Source of the DNA: Bacteroidales bacterium
GTDB lineage: Bacteria > Bacteroidota > Bacteroidia > Bacteroidales > UBA12077
Reading direction: 5' to 3'
DNA length: 64,000 nt
NCBI GenBank assembly: GCA_028282785.1
Contig: JANQHE010000024.1
Coordinates: 73,612 to 137,611, forward strand
Every line of letters starts with the position of its first letter. The first letter of the stretch is position 1. The notes under the pieces were generated by a model that was not told the DNA's origin, searched no databases, and saw only the letters and a program-made list of their open reading frames with translations. This document shows, piece after piece, positions 28,272 to 38,173 of the stretch. The position numbers and the translations under genes were made by a program.

Positions 28272-29753
28272 ATGACCATTACTGCACTTCCCATATTAAT
28301 TCCTTTTGTACTGATAATTATTTTGATTATCTCAAGGTCTTTGGTATTTTCTAAAATAACGAGTATAGTCGGGAGCTTTGGTTTATTGATTTTATCAATG
28401 ATCATATTTTACAAGGTTAATAAACTGGGATTCCTGGTGCTTAATATGGCGGGATGGAAATCGCCTTATGGAATTACACTGGTGATTGATTTTATGAGTA
28501 GTCTAATGCTCATGGTTTCATCTGTTATAGTTTTTGCCATTGCAATATATGCATACAGATCGTTAAACGAAGAGAAACAGGTTACTAAGTTTTATGTGTT
28601 CTTTTTTTCATTAATAATGGGAGTGAATGGAGCCTTTATTACTGGTGATGTTTTCAATCTTTACGTTTGGTTCGAGGTTATGCTTATTTCGTCCTTTGTT
28701 TTAATAACCTTCGGAAAATCGAAAGAACAGCTCGAAGGCGGAATCAAATATTTGGCACTGAACCTATTGGGGTCATTATTCTTTTTGGCAGGCTTAGGAT
28801 TGCTGTACGGCAAAACGGGCACTTTAAATATGGCTCATCTGGCAGATATACTTAGAAATGACCATCAGGCAATATTGATGAATACCTCAGCCATTTTGTT
28901 TTTTATTGCATTTGGAATTAAAGCAGCTGTTTTTCCATTATTTTTCTGGTTGCCTGCATCATACCATACAGCCAATATAACCATCTCATCTTTGTTTGCA
29001 GGCTTATTAACCAAGGTAGGAGTTTATGCATTTATTCGTTTTTTTACACTGTTTTTTGTACACGACCAGGCCTTTTGGCATCAGTTTTTATTAATCATTG
29101 CAGGCTTTACTATGATTATTGGTGGTATGTCCGCATCAGTACATTACGATACAAGAAAAATTTTATCCTATCATATTATTAGTCAGATCGGATATATGAT
29201 TATGGGATTAGGCATATATACTCCTTTGGCAATTGCAGGAGCAATATTTTTTACCATACACAATATGATAGCTAAAACGAATACATTTATAGTGGCTGGA
29301 TTAATTTATAAATTAAAAGGATCTTTTTATCTGAAAGACGTGGGTGGAATCATAAAACAAAACCCTGTGTTGGCAATTTTATTTGTAATACCGGCTTTCG
29401 CTTTAGCCGGAGTGCCGCCTATATCCGGGTTCTTCGCGAAATTTATCCTTATAAAAGCAAGTATAGATGATAGTCATTTTGTAATTGCAATAATAGCTGT
29501 ACTTACTGCCTTACTTACGCTATATTCTATGATAAAAATATGGAACGAAGCGTTCCTTAAAAAACAGCCTGATAATGAATTTTCAGGCCAAAACACAAGC
29601 TTAAGCTTTCTGGATATGTTGCCATCTATAATTTTAGGGACTATAAGTATTTTAATGGGAATATTTGCATTTAAAGTGTTTGATTTTACAATGCAGGCAG
29701 CAGATCAATTGATAGAAGGAACGAGTTATATTAATAATGTTTTAAATAGGTAG
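28272..29753 (+). CDS. mrpD: Na+/H+ antiporter subunit D (NuoM/N-like)
   Basis: 493 aa. FFWLPASYHTANITISSLFAGLLTKVGVYA matches the proton-pumping antiporter-like fold. Confidence 0.9.
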   Translation: MTITALPILIPFVLIIILIISRSLVFSKITSIVGSFGLLILSMIIFYKVNKLGFLVLNMAGWKSPYGITLVIDFMSSLMLMVSSVIVFAIAIYAYRSLNEEKQVTKFYVFFFSLIMGVNGAFITGDVFNLYVWFEVMLISSFVLITFGKSKEQLEGGIKYLALNLLGSLFFLAGLGLLYGKTGTLNMAHLADILRNDHQAILMNTSAILFFIAFGIKAAVFPLFFWLPASYHTANITISSLFAGLLTKVGVYAFIRFFTLFFVHDQAFWHQFLLIIAGFTMIIGGMSASVHYDTRKILSYHIISQIGYMIMGLGIYTPLAIAGAIFFTIHNMIAKTNTFIVAGLIYKLKGSFYLKDVGGIIKQNPVLAILFVIPAFALAGVPPISGFFAKFILIKASIDDSHFVIAIIAVLTALLTLYSMIKIWNEAFLKKQPDNEFSGQNTSLSFLDMLPSIILGTISILMGIFAFKVFDFTMQAADQLIEGTSYINNVLNR

Positions 29754-29759
29754 ATTGAA

Positions 29760-30092
29760 ATGCAGATATTAAAGAAAATATATTATGTGGTGGAATTTGT
29801 GCTTTTCTATTTTTTAAAACTAGTGCAATCCAATATTTATATTGCATACGATATATTAACACCTAATCTGAAAAGTTTTCCCGGAATTGTGAAAGTACCT
29901 TTGTACATCAGTTCCGATTTTGGCATATTGGCTTTTGCTAATTTACTCTCTATGACTCCAGGTACTTTGACAATAGATGTCAGCGAGGATAAAAAAGAAA
30001 TTGTAGTGCATGTTTTATATAGTAAAAATAAGGAAGCTGTGATGTTTGAAATAGGCCAGGTACAACAAAAAATAAATAAAATCTTTAGTTAG
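29760..30092 (+). CDS. mrpE: Na+/H+ antiporter subunit E (short form)
   Basis: Position in the operon. SMTPGTLTIDVSEDKKEIVVHVL matches the MnhE core. 110 aa. Confidence 0.7.
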   Translation: MQILKKIYYVVEFVLFYFLKLVQSNIYIAYDILTPNLKSFPGIVKVPLYISSDFGILAFANLLSMTPGTLTIDVSEDKKEIVVHVLYSKNKEAVMFEIGQVQQKINKIFS

Positions 30093-30094
30093 TT

Positions 30095-30367
30095 ATGGAA
30101 ACAGGTTTTCCAAATATAAGTTTAATTATATCCTTTCTATTATTGTTAGGAGCATTGATCATTACCTTATTTAGGTTAATAACAGGCCCGACAATTTACG
30201 ACCGGATCGTTTCTCTTGATTTAATTGCTTCGATCGTAATGGGGTTTATCTTATTGTACAGTATAGTTGTAAATAAGGCCGTTTATTTTGATGTAGTAAT
30301 AGTTATTTCATTAATAGCTTTTATTGGAACCGTTTCAATTTCAACTTATTTAAAAACAAAGAAATGA
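30095..30367 (+). CDS. mrpF: Na+/H+ antiporter subunit F
   Basis: 90 aa, 3 TM. GPTIYDRIVSLDL motif. Confidence 0.8.
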   Translation: METGFPNISLIISFLLLLGALIITLFRLITGPTIYDRIVSLDLIASIVMGFILLYSIVVNKAVYFDVVIVISLIAFIGTVSISTYLKTKK

Positions 30368-30651
30368 CTGATATAATTATTTCAATATTAATACTTTTAG
30401 GAACTGCTTTTATATTTATAGCATCATTAGGGTTATTCCGTTTTAGTGATATATATAGCAGGATGCATGCCAGTACAAAAGCTACTTCATTTGGGATCTT
30501 ACTAATTATAATTGGAATTGGATTATTTTTTAACACCGCAATTATATGGCTTAAAGCACTTTTAGTGGTGGTATTTATATATTTAACAGCACCACTTTCA
30601 GCGCATTCCATTGCCAAATCTTTCGGAGATAGAGAAAAGAATAATAATTAG
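30364..30651 (+). CDS. mrpG: Na+/H+ antiporter subunit G
   Basis: 95 aa. FRFSDIYSRMHASTKATSFG and TAPLSAHSIAKS motifs. Confidence 0.85.
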   Translation: MTDIIISILILLGTAFIFIASLGLFRFSDIYSRMHASTKATSFGILLIIIGIGLFFNTAIIWLKALLVVVFIYLTAPLSAHSIAKSFGDREKNNN

Positions 30652-31082
30652 GGCAATTTTTCTTTTCTTTTAAGTTTGATTTTAAAATCTGCTTTTTTTA
30701 TCAGAAAATAAGTTACACCTAAAGCTACTATCATTCCTGCCAGGCTGATTAACTCTTCCGTGGAATATTTTTTGAAATCCCAAATAATGACTTTTCTTGA
30801 AATAGCTATGATAGCTACCAGTATAATAAATTCTACATGTACAATGTCATCTTTAAGGTATGCCTTAATGGTTTCTAATAGCTCTAACCCAATGAGCAAT
30901 ACCAAAAATAAACTAAACAAGTTCATTAAACCATTGGCATCAATAATAAACATGGGTTTTTTAACAATTTCCTGTATTATTTCGTAAATGATATCAATGA
31001 ATGCTAACAGTATAATAGTTAGCATAACAATTAGGATCCCCCAAATTAATAACTTCTCTGTGTTTTTAATAAACTTTAACAT
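30648..31082 (-). CDS. PsiE-like (phosphate-starvation-inducible E family) membrane protein
   Basis: 144 aa, 4 TM. LIGLELLETIKAYLKDDIVHVEFIILVAIIAISRKVI resembles PsiE. Confidence 0.45.
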   Translation of the reverse strand: MLKFIKNTEKLLIWGILIVMLTIILLAFIDIIYEIIQEIVKKPMFIIDANGLMNLFSLFLVLLIGLELLETIKAYLKDDIVHVEFIILVAIIAISRKVIIWDFKKYSTEELISLAGMIVALGVTYFLIKKADFKIKLKRKEKLP

Positions 31083-31168
31083 TTCGTTTAAAGAATCATT
31101 TTAATTGATAAACATATGTTAAAATTAATTGTTTAATTTTCTAATAACAATTATTAATGGAAATTATC

Positions 31169-32314
31169 ATGAAATTATTGGATAATATATTATTACCAAT
31201 CGATTTTAGCGACTCATCGGAAAAAGTTGTTGATGCTTCGGTTCAGTTAGCCAAAACCTTTAAATCAAGGATTACTTTGTTGCATGTGTACTCAGAAGAA
31301 CATTTTCCCGAAAAAACAGAAAGATTCCTTGAAATTGCAATTAAAGATAACCTGGAAAAAGTTAAAACTAAAATTACAGAGGCTGATATTGAGGTAGCAG
31401 AAATAATGATGGAAAGAGGTGTAGCATTTGAAAAGATTATTCAAATTGCCCAGGATAGGGATGTTAACGTAATTATGGTTGGCTCCGGTAGTAAAAAAGA
31501 AAATGATAATTTTAAGTTAGGCACAACAGTCGAAAAACTTATGCGCAAAAATCAGATACCACTTTGGGTTGTTAAAAACGGAGCGATTAAACCCATTCAA
31601 AAGATCGTTTGTCCGGTTGATTTTTCGAACTCTTCCATACGAGCATTTCAAAATGCTGTTACCTTAACTGAAAGGTTTGATGCTGAGTTGAATCTCATAC
31701 ATGTTTTTGAACCGGTTATGAGTACTTCAGCAAGGCTAAGCGTAAACGCTGAAGAAGAAAACAAAAAACGGAAAGAACTAAAAGAAAAAGAACTAAATGA
31801 TTTTTTAGCAAATTACCAACTTGATCATATAAGATTAACTAAAGATTTATTAATGGGAGTTCCATTTTTGGAAATACTTAGGTATATCAAACGAAATAAT
31901 TCCGATTTATTGATCATGGGTACAACAGGGAAAACTGGTTTAAGTAAACTTTTAATGGGTAGTGTTACCGAAAAAGTTACCAGGGAGCTACCTTGTAGTT
32001 TTATTACTACAAAAGCCAAAGATATAACCGATAATTACCTTGAAAGTAATTTGAAAGGAATAGAATCAATATTAAATCCGGCAAAATCTTTGCTTAAAAA
32101 AGGAAAATATGAGCAATCCATTGAAAAGTTTTTAATTGGAATAAAACAATATCCGGATAATATTCCGATGTTAAAAGGAATAATAGAAGCATATGAGGCT
32201 TTAGGAAATGAAAAGAAAGCTAGTTATTACAAAGACTATATTACGGAAGTTGTAAAAAGGATTTGGGGTGAGGAATATCTCCATATGATCAATTTAGATA
32301 AAAAGATTAAATAG
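31169..32314 (+). CDS. tandem universal stress protein with C-terminal TPR-like tail
   Basis: Two USP modules (LLPIDFSDSS, VCPVDFSNSS, MGTTGKTGLSKLLMGSVTEKV) plus KGKYEQSIEKFLIGIKQYPDN. Start chosen by alignment with the paralog at 35888..36994. The ORF track start is 31157. Confidence 0.8.
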   Translation: MKLLDNILLPIDFSDSSEKVVDASVQLAKTFKSRITLLHVYSEEHFPEKTERFLEIAIKDNLEKVKTKITEADIEVAEIMMERGVAFEKIIQIAQDRDVNVIMVGSGSKKENDNFKLGTTVEKLMRKNQIPLWVVKNGAIKPIQKIVCPVDFSNSSIRAFQNAVTLTERFDAELNLIHVFEPVMSTSARLSVNAEEENKKRKELKEKELNDFLANYQLDHIRLTKDLLMGVPFLEILRYIKRNNSDLLIMGTTGKTGLSKLLMGSVTEKVTRELPCSFITTKAKDITDNYLESNLKGIESILNPAKSLLKKGKYEQSIEKFLIGIKQYPDNIPMLKGIIEAYEALGNEKKASYYKDYITEVVKRIWGEEYLHMINLDKKIK

Positions 32315-32495
32315 ATAGATATAAAAAATAACACGATTCTTCGCCAATAGGTGCCCACATTCCGTTCTCTTATTCTCCATTCAGTCGTGAGACTGCTTTC
32401 CATAATAAATCAATGAAGGAGAAGTAAACTATTCAACACAAATCTCTAAGATGCGAATAAATAGCAAGTTGGATTTTAGAAATAAGTGCGAAATT

Positions 32496-32518
32496 ACCTG
32501 CCTGTTCGGCAGACAGGT
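32496..32518. repeat. CCTGCC..GGCAGG-type hairpin repeat (variant copy)
   Basis: ACCTGCCTGTTCGGCAGACAGGT forms a stem with one mismatch. Same family as the hairpins at 54552, 54989 and 59726. Confidence 0.45.
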
Positions 32519-32542
32519 TGATAATCTTCATGTAACCTTGAC

Positions 32543-35500
32543 TTAAAATAACTTCATTTGCTGTTCGGGCAGCCTGATTTTTTTTGTAGTTTCAAAATTC
32601 GTTGGTTGTAAATGGTTCTGATCAAATTCGCTCAGGAAACGCGACGCTAACATTTCTTTTTCCTGGCCGTAAAGTTTTCTTTTTTTTGCATGAACTAGTT
32701 GTAACTCATCTTTTGCACGTGTCATGGCTACATAAAATAGCCTTCGCTCTTCTTCAATATCAGTATTTTTTCTCTCCAGAGGAGATATTCCCTCTTCAAC
32801 ACCGGCAATAAACACTACAGGAAACTCCAGTCCTTTGGCTGCGTGAAAAGTCATCAGGCGTACACCTCCGCTATTTAACCTTCCTGTATCTGTATAAGGA
32901 GATAAGATATACTTTTGTAAAAAATTATTAGGATGATCGTCTGACTCGGCCGCTAACTTAATAAGCATTTCACTTTTAACCTGATCCTGAGGAGACAATA
33001 CTGATTCAGGAAGAAAGAAATCGAGTAATTGCCTGATCGTATGAATAAGCTTGTTTTTCTCAAAATCAGCATGCAGGCGGTTGTACAGAGCTATCCATTT
33101 TTTCCAGTTTTCGTGCTGTGAGATGTTTTCCATATCAATCTCTTTTTCAACAAACCTCTTTAACAGGTCTTGTTTTTGAACGGCATTTAATTCCAGGAGT
33201 TTGTCTGCTAAACCTGAAAAAGCAATCACATTTCTTTTGTTTTGAAATAGTTGCAAGGCGTTTGCAATAATATCAAAAGGAGGTTCTGAGAAAAATGAAG
33301 TCGCATCACTTAACAAAACAGGAATACCTTTTAGTTTTAATAGGTTGGCAATTTCACCGGCGATACGGTGCGTCCGGTATAAGATTGCTATATCGGAGAA
33401 AGCATAATTATAATCCGACCTGGCTCGGCCTGTACTCATGGAATCTACACCTCCCACATAATTAAGAACCTGGTCGGCAATATATGCTGCTTCCTGTTTA
33501 GAATCTTCTGCCAGGAAATATTTGATACGGATATCCTGCGTTTTTACTGCTTCAGGATTTACTTTGGACCTAAGTTGATTGCATTCTATTAGCATATTGC
33601 TCGCATTCAGTATATTGGGAGGAGTGCGGTAATTCTTTCGTAAAAAGATTTCCGTAGCTTTTAGGTCATCCTTTGCCTGGTAAAACAGCTTAACGTCTGA
33701 GCCCCTGAACCCGTAGATAGATTGATTTGGGTCACCAATGGCAAACACATGTTTATTTTCTGAAACAAGTTTAATGAACTTATATTGAACCGGATTGATA
33801 TCCTGAAATTCATCAATGGCCAGGCATTTATATTTACTCGTTATATCAGAGGAGCCAGGTTTAATCAACTCATTTACCTTACTGATGATTGCTGAAAGGT
33901 CGACAGCATTATTTTCGACAAGATATTTATCATATATTTCAAAACAAGCCTGAAATTCTTTTTCTTCCGGCAAGCGATTTTGTTCATAATATTCTTCGTA
34001 AGCATGCGAAAGTTTCCGTGTATTTATCTTATGGTCATGAAAAAGTATATTAAATAGGCTTATCCTGTTACTTTTATCATAAATAGATCCGGTTGCGGGT
34101 TTTACCTCTTTCAAAAACCGGTAAGCAACCGAGTGGAACGTACCAATAAGTACGTCTTCTGCTTTTATCCCGATTTGTTTCAGGAGGCGGTTCCTTAATT
34201 CGTCAGCAGCTTTATTAGTAAAAGTGATTGCTATTATTTCTGCAGGATCGGTTCCTTTTTCTACAATCTGATGGACAATCCATTGAATAAGGGTGTTTGT
34301 TTTACCAGTGCCTGGTCCTGCAGTTACCAACACATTTTCCTGATATTGAATGGCACTGTTTTGCTCTTCATTTGGTTTTATCTCCGGATTTTCCTCTTTA
34401 TCAGCTTGAACAACTTGTTTCATAGTCCTGTTTTTGGACTTTCTCTGAGCCATTTTTTCAATCATTCCTCCTCCAAAAATATCGGTTTGCCCGATTATCT
34501 GATTTATTTCTCCCGGATTAAATATCGAAATTATACCGAATTCTCCGTCAAATCCACTTTGTGGTTTTACCTCATGTCTACGCAACCGGCGTATAGCTTC
34601 TGCCAACAATTCGCCCGACTTAGATTTTATTTCCTCATAAGGAATTGTATGCAGTAAGTCAAACTCATTTCCAAAAGTTGAGATGATCTGTGTAAAGGCT
34701 TGTTGTACTGTTTTTGTTGTTGGTGCTGTACCCGTAAATTCCGCAATAATTTCAGGCAAAGGGATAATGTATTCAAACCCGGGAGAATTCATTGGTTTTT
34801 GTGGTTTTTCTCTGTCTGCCAATTTTTCGACCCTGTGTAATACTCCTATGGTTAAAGGTTTTCCACATTTCGGGCAAATATTGTTAAGCTTAAGACTCTC
34901 CTGTGGCTCCAGGCAAATATCGCATTTCCTGTGCCCATCCATATGGTATTTTCCTTCTTCAGGGAAAAACTCGTATGTTCCCAGAAAACCTTTCTTTGTC
35001 TTCAATGCCTCAAAAATAGCGTAATAAGACATTTCAGTATCAAAAATATTGGCTTCCCTTCCCAGTTTCCGGGGCGAATGTGCATCGGAATTCGAAACCA
35101 GCGCATATTTATCCAAAGAGGATAGTTTCCAGTTCATAGTCGGGTCGGAAGACAAACCTGTTTCCAATGCAAAGATATATTCCGACAGATCCCGAAAACA
35201 TTCTTCAATACTGTCGTATCCGGCCTTCGATCCAAGAGTGGAGAACCAGGGTGTCCAAACATGAGCAGGAATAAGATGAGCATCTTCCGACACTTCAAGT
35301 ATAATCTCCAGCAGGTCTCGTGACTGTAATCCCAATATTGGCCTGCCGTCGGAAGCCAGGTTGCCGATCTCGCTTAACCGTGCATTGATCTTTTTTACGG
35401 TATCAATATCTGGAGCTAATACGATATTATGATTTTTTCTAACCTTTTCGCCATATTTATAAATAGATGAGATTTCTGTACTAAGGCAAAAAAATATATC

Positions 35501-35749
35501 AATGTCCCTGGTTTTAATATTTGGTAGGCCTTGCTCTTTTGGTGGATTTTTTAATCGAAACAGTCCATTTCCAACCGGTTCGAGTTTTTCTTCCAATTCC
35601 TGTATCCATGCAGGATGTGTAAAATCGCCTGTACCTATAACATTTATACCTTTTATTTTAGCCCATTGATAAAGCGATTCAAGATTAAGATCTTTACTCG
35701 TAGCCCTTGAATGATAAGAGTGGAGATGAAAATCTGCAAAATACCTCAT
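32543..35749 (-). CDS. EndoQ-like PHP-domain nuclease fused to UvrD/PcrA-type SF1 helicase
   Basis: N-terminal FADFHLHSYHSRATS, GTGDFTHPAW, PAHVWTPW, SNSDAHS (PHP metal ligands) and the Zn ribbon CDIC...CPKCG (nt 34865-34924). From about aa 470: helicase motifs AGPGTGKT, DEFQD, GDPNQSIYGFRG, TFHAAKGLEFPVVF, YVAMTRAK. Confidence 0.8.
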   Translation of the reverse strand: MRYFADFHLHSYHSRATSKDLNLESLYQWAKIKGINVIGTGDFTHPAWIQELEEKLEPVGNGLFRLKNPPKEQGLPNIKTRDIDIFFCLSTEISSIYKYGEKVRKNHNIVLAPDIDTVKKINARLSEIGNLASDGRPILGLQSRDLLEIILEVSEDAHLIPAHVWTPWFSTLGSKAGYDSIEECFRDLSEYIFALETGLSSDPTMNWKLSSLDKYALVSNSDAHSPRKLGREANIFDTEMSYYAIFEALKTKKGFLGTYEFFPEEGKYHMDGHRKCDICLEPQESLKLNNICPKCGKPLTIGVLHRVEKLADREKPQKPMNSPGFEYIIPLPEIIAEFTGTAPTTKTVQQAFTQIISTFGNEFDLLHTIPYEEIKSKSGELLAEAIRRLRRHEVKPQSGFDGEFGIISIFNPGEINQIIGQTDIFGGGMIEKMAQRKSKNRTMKQVVQADKEENPEIKPNEEQNSAIQYQENVLVTAGPGTGKTNTLIQWIVHQIVEKGTDPAEIIAITFTNKAADELRNRLLKQIGIKAEDVLIGTFHSVAYRFLKEVKPATGSIYDKSNRISLFNILFHDHKINTRKLSHAYEEYYEQNRLPEEKEFQACFEIYDKYLVENNAVDLSAIISKVNELIKPGSSDITSKYKCLAIDEFQDINPVQYKFIKLVSENKHVFAIGDPNQSIYGFRGSDVKLFYQAKDDLKATEIFLRKNYRTPPNILNASNMLIECNQLRSKVNPEAVKTQDIRIKYFLAEDSKQEAAYIADQVLNYVGGVDSMSTGRARSDYNYAFSDIAILYRTHRIAGEIANLLKLKGIPVLLSDATSFFSEPPFDIIANALQLFQNKRNVIAFSGLADKLLELNAVQKQDLLKRFVEKEIDMENISQHENWKKWIALYNRLHADFEKNKLIHTIRQLLDFFLPESVLSPQDQVKSEMLIKLAAESDDHPNNFLQKYILSPYTDTGRLNSGGVRLMTFHAAKGLEFPVVFIAGVEEGISPLERKNTDIEEERRLFYVAMTRAKDELQLVHAKKRKLYGQEKEMLASRFLSEFDQNHLQPTNFETTKKIRLPEQQMKLF

Positions 35750-35887
35750 ACCAAATGAATTTAATAAAAACTTAAAAGTAAAGACATACGAATCGAAACA
35801 AAACTTTTATATTGTTTTCTTTTAAACAAGATATAAACCGTTATGTTTTATGTAATTCATATATTGTATTTTAATAACTTCAATGCC

Positions 35888-36994
35888 TCATATATCCCAA
35901 TAGCGTTTTAAAATCTCATTTTTGTAGGCTGTATAAAATTTCACTTTTTGTTGATTTTCTATGGATGTATATGAATTTATTAACCCATTAATAATAGGAA
36001 CATTATCAGGATATTGCCTAAGCCCCATTAGGTATTTATCTATTGCTTCGTTATACTTTCCTTTTTTTAATAGTTCTTTTGCAGGAATAAGAATTGATTC
36101 TACCCCTTGTAAGTGACTTTCCAGAAAATCATCGGTAATATCCTGCTCTTTAGTTGTTACTAAACTACAAGGCAGCTCCCTGGTAACTTTTTCGGTAGTA
36201 CTTCCCATTAATAATCTACTAATACCGGTTTTTCCTGTAGTGCCCATAAGTAATAAATCCGTTTTTTGTTTTTCAATAGTTTTAATAATTTCAACATTAG
36301 GATTCCCTTTTAATAATTCTTTTGTGTAAGCTATTGATTTTAAATTGAAATGGGCCAGGAAATCAGAAAAAGCAGCTTTTCTTTCTTTATAAAGCTTTTC
36401 ATTCTGTACATTTATATGCGAACCCAGCCTGATTGAATTTCCCGCGTAAGGTGTAAATATATGTATTATAGATAAATTTGCATTGAACGACCTGGCAAGA
36501 GTAATTGCGTTTTGCAATGCACGTTTGGAAGGGCTTGAAAAGTCAACCGGGCATAAAATACTTTTTATGGGTTTCACCGGTTCATTTTTTACAACCCAAA
36601 GCGGTATCTGATTCTTCCGCATAAGTTTTTCGACGGTTGTTCCTAATTTGAATTTATTATCATGCGATTTTGAACCAGATCCAACAATAATAACATTTAC
36701 ATTTTTCTTTTGAGCAACCTGGATAATTTTTTCAAAAGCTATTCCTTTTTCTATGATAACTTCCGGGATATCAAGATTCTCTTTAAAAATTTTTACTTTT
36801 ATTTCGGAGATCCTATTATAGGTATAAATTTCAATTTTTCTTTCTGTTTCCTTGGTGAGGGTTTCATCTGATGATACATGTATTATTGAGATACTGGAAT
36901 TAAATACTTTTGCTAATTGAATTGAAACATCAATTGCCCTATCAGAAGGTTCGCTAAAATCTACTGCTACTAATATGTTTTTAAGTAATTTCAT
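35888..36994 (-). CDS. tandem universal stress protein with C-terminal TPR-like tail (paralog of 31169..32314)
   Basis: Collinear with the other copy along the full length. Identical blocks include KLGTTVEKLMRKNQIPLWVVKN, MGTTGKTG and TEKVTRELPCS. Confidence 0.8.
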   Translation of the reverse strand: MKLLKNILVAVDFSEPSDRAIDVSIQLAKVFNSSISIIHVSSDETLTKETERKIEIYTYNRISEIKVKIFKENLDIPEVIIEKGIAFEKIIQVAQKKNVNVIIVGSGSKSHDNKFKLGTTVEKLMRKNQIPLWVVKNEPVKPIKSILCPVDFSSPSKRALQNAITLARSFNANLSIIHIFTPYAGNSIRLGSHINVQNEKLYKERKAAFSDFLAHFNLKSIAYTKELLKGNPNVEIIKTIEKQKTDLLLMGTTGKTGISRLLMGSTTEKVTRELPCSLVTTKEQDITDDFLESHLQGVESILIPAKELLKKGKYNEAIDKYLMGLRQYPDNVPIINGLINSYTSIENQQKVKFYTAYKNEILKRYWDI

Positions 36995-37274
36995 CGCTAT
37001 CTGTTTTAGTTATAATACGAATTAAAAGAAATATGACACTGGCAATAGCTAAATGAGTAAAAATCCATAATTGCATAAGATTAACTGAAAAAGTAAAGGC
37101 GAGGATTAGTCCACAATACACAAAAAGATATAGATAATACTTTATTGCATTCCTAATTTCAATTAAAGAAGTTGTTGCAGGTATAAACTTAAAGATGGCA
37201 ATCAAGGATATAGCTACACTAATTTTATTAAGTAGTTTGGAATTTCCGGAATTTATACAAAATAATAACATCAT
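36981..37274 (-). CDS. hypothetical small membrane protein
   Basis: ATG 37274 (the ORF track TTG is 37292). Three hydrophobic segments. Overlaps the USP start by 14 nt. Confidence 0.3.
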   Translation of the reverse strand: MMLLFCINSGNSKLLNKISVAISLIAIFKFIPATTSLIEIRNAIKYYLYLFVYCGLILAFTFSVNLMQLWIFTHLAIASVIFLLIRIITKTDSDEIT

Positions 37275-37324
37275 TTTAGTTAGTAGTTTCAATCTAGAAA
37301 CGCTATTAAACAGAACTTATTTAG

Positions 37325-37339
37325 TTAAATAATATTTAA
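37325..37339. promoter_or_regulatory. 15-bp perfect palindrome TTAAATAATATTTAA (candidate XRE-cupin operator)
   Basis: One of four copies, all with 1 mismatch or none, in the two intergenic regions flanking the regulator gene. Confidence 0.45.
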
Positions 37340-37444
37340 TTAGCCAGATAAAAAAATAGATGCTATCTATTTTGTTGTGTAATTATGTCAAATTATTTTT
37401 TGTAATAACTTTGTAATTGTATAATAAAATATTTGCAAATATAA

Positions 37445-37459
37445 TTAAACATTATTTAA
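37445..37459. promoter_or_regulatory. operator-like palindrome copy (TTAAACATTATTTAA, 1 mismatch)
   Basis: 50 nt upstream of the regulator ATG. Confidence 0.4.
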
Positions 37460-37508
37460 TTTGTGAAATTATATTTAATTATTAATTTTTAATGATAAGA
37501 TTAGTATA

Positions 37509-38063
37509 ATGCATAGAATGGGTGATAGAATCAAAAAAATTAGGGAGAACTTAAACATTCAAACGAATGATTTAGCAAAAGAAGTAGGTGTTACTTCCAG
37601 TTTAATTTCTCAAATAGAAAGAGCAAAAGCTTTCCCATCTATAATTACCCTGAAAAAAATTGCAGATGCTCTTCAAACTACGGTTGGAGAACTGATAGGC
37701 GAAACAGAAACCTTAATAGAAAACCCATTACTGAAATATAAAGAAAGAAAGTTTGTTAAGGAAAATGGCAATGGAGCCAGGTTGTTTCTATTATCACATC
37801 ATGATCCACATAAGCACATGGATCCCTTTATCATTGAGTTTAATAAGGATGCAGATTCTAAGGATATAATGACTACCATTAATCCTTGTCAGGAATATTG
37901 TTTTGTAATTAAAGGAAGTTTTGAAGTGCTATTGAGTAACCGAAAATATATGTTAAATGAAGGTGACAGCTTTTATTTTAATTCAAACCAATATCATTTA
38001 TTTACAAATGTAAGTAATGAAGATGCTCAATTATTATGGGTTGTAAATCAAAATACAACTTAA
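37509..38063 (+). CDS. XRE-family HTH regulator with C-terminal cupin sensor domain
   Basis: IKKIRENLNIQTNDLAKEVGVTSSLISQIERAKAFPSIITLKKIADAL (HTH_3), then a cupin-like EYCFVIKGSFEVLLSNRKYMLNEGDSFYFNSNQYH. Confidence 0.85.
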   Translation: MHRMGDRIKKIRENLNIQTNDLAKEVGVTSSLISQIERAKAFPSIITLKKIADALQTTVGELIGETETLIENPLLKYKERKFVKENGNGARLFLLSHHDPHKHMDPFIIEFNKDADSKDIMTTINPCQEYCFVIKGSFEVLLSNRKYMLNEGDSFYFNSNQYHLFTNVSNEDAQLLWVVNQNTT

Positions 38064-38077
38064 AAAATTTATGTATA

Positions 38078-38098
38078 TAATTAAATAATATTTAATTA
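38078..38098. promoter_or_regulatory. 21-bp perfect palindrome TAATTAAATAATATTTAATTA (contains the 15-bp operator core)
   Basis: Between the regulator stop and purE. The core at 38081..38095 is identical to 37325..37339. Confidence 0.5.
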
Positions 38099-38173
38099 AA
38101 GAAAAAATACTTAAATGAGAAGAATAATATAATAAAAATTGATAAAGAATGTAAAATTTTTTTATATGATATA

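Noticed and set aside
29760-30092. Possible truncation of mrpE (110 aa, shorter than many MnhE proteins)
   Set aside because: The gene fits seamlessly between mrpD and mrpF and retains the conserved core motif. There is no evidence of a frameshift in the flanks.
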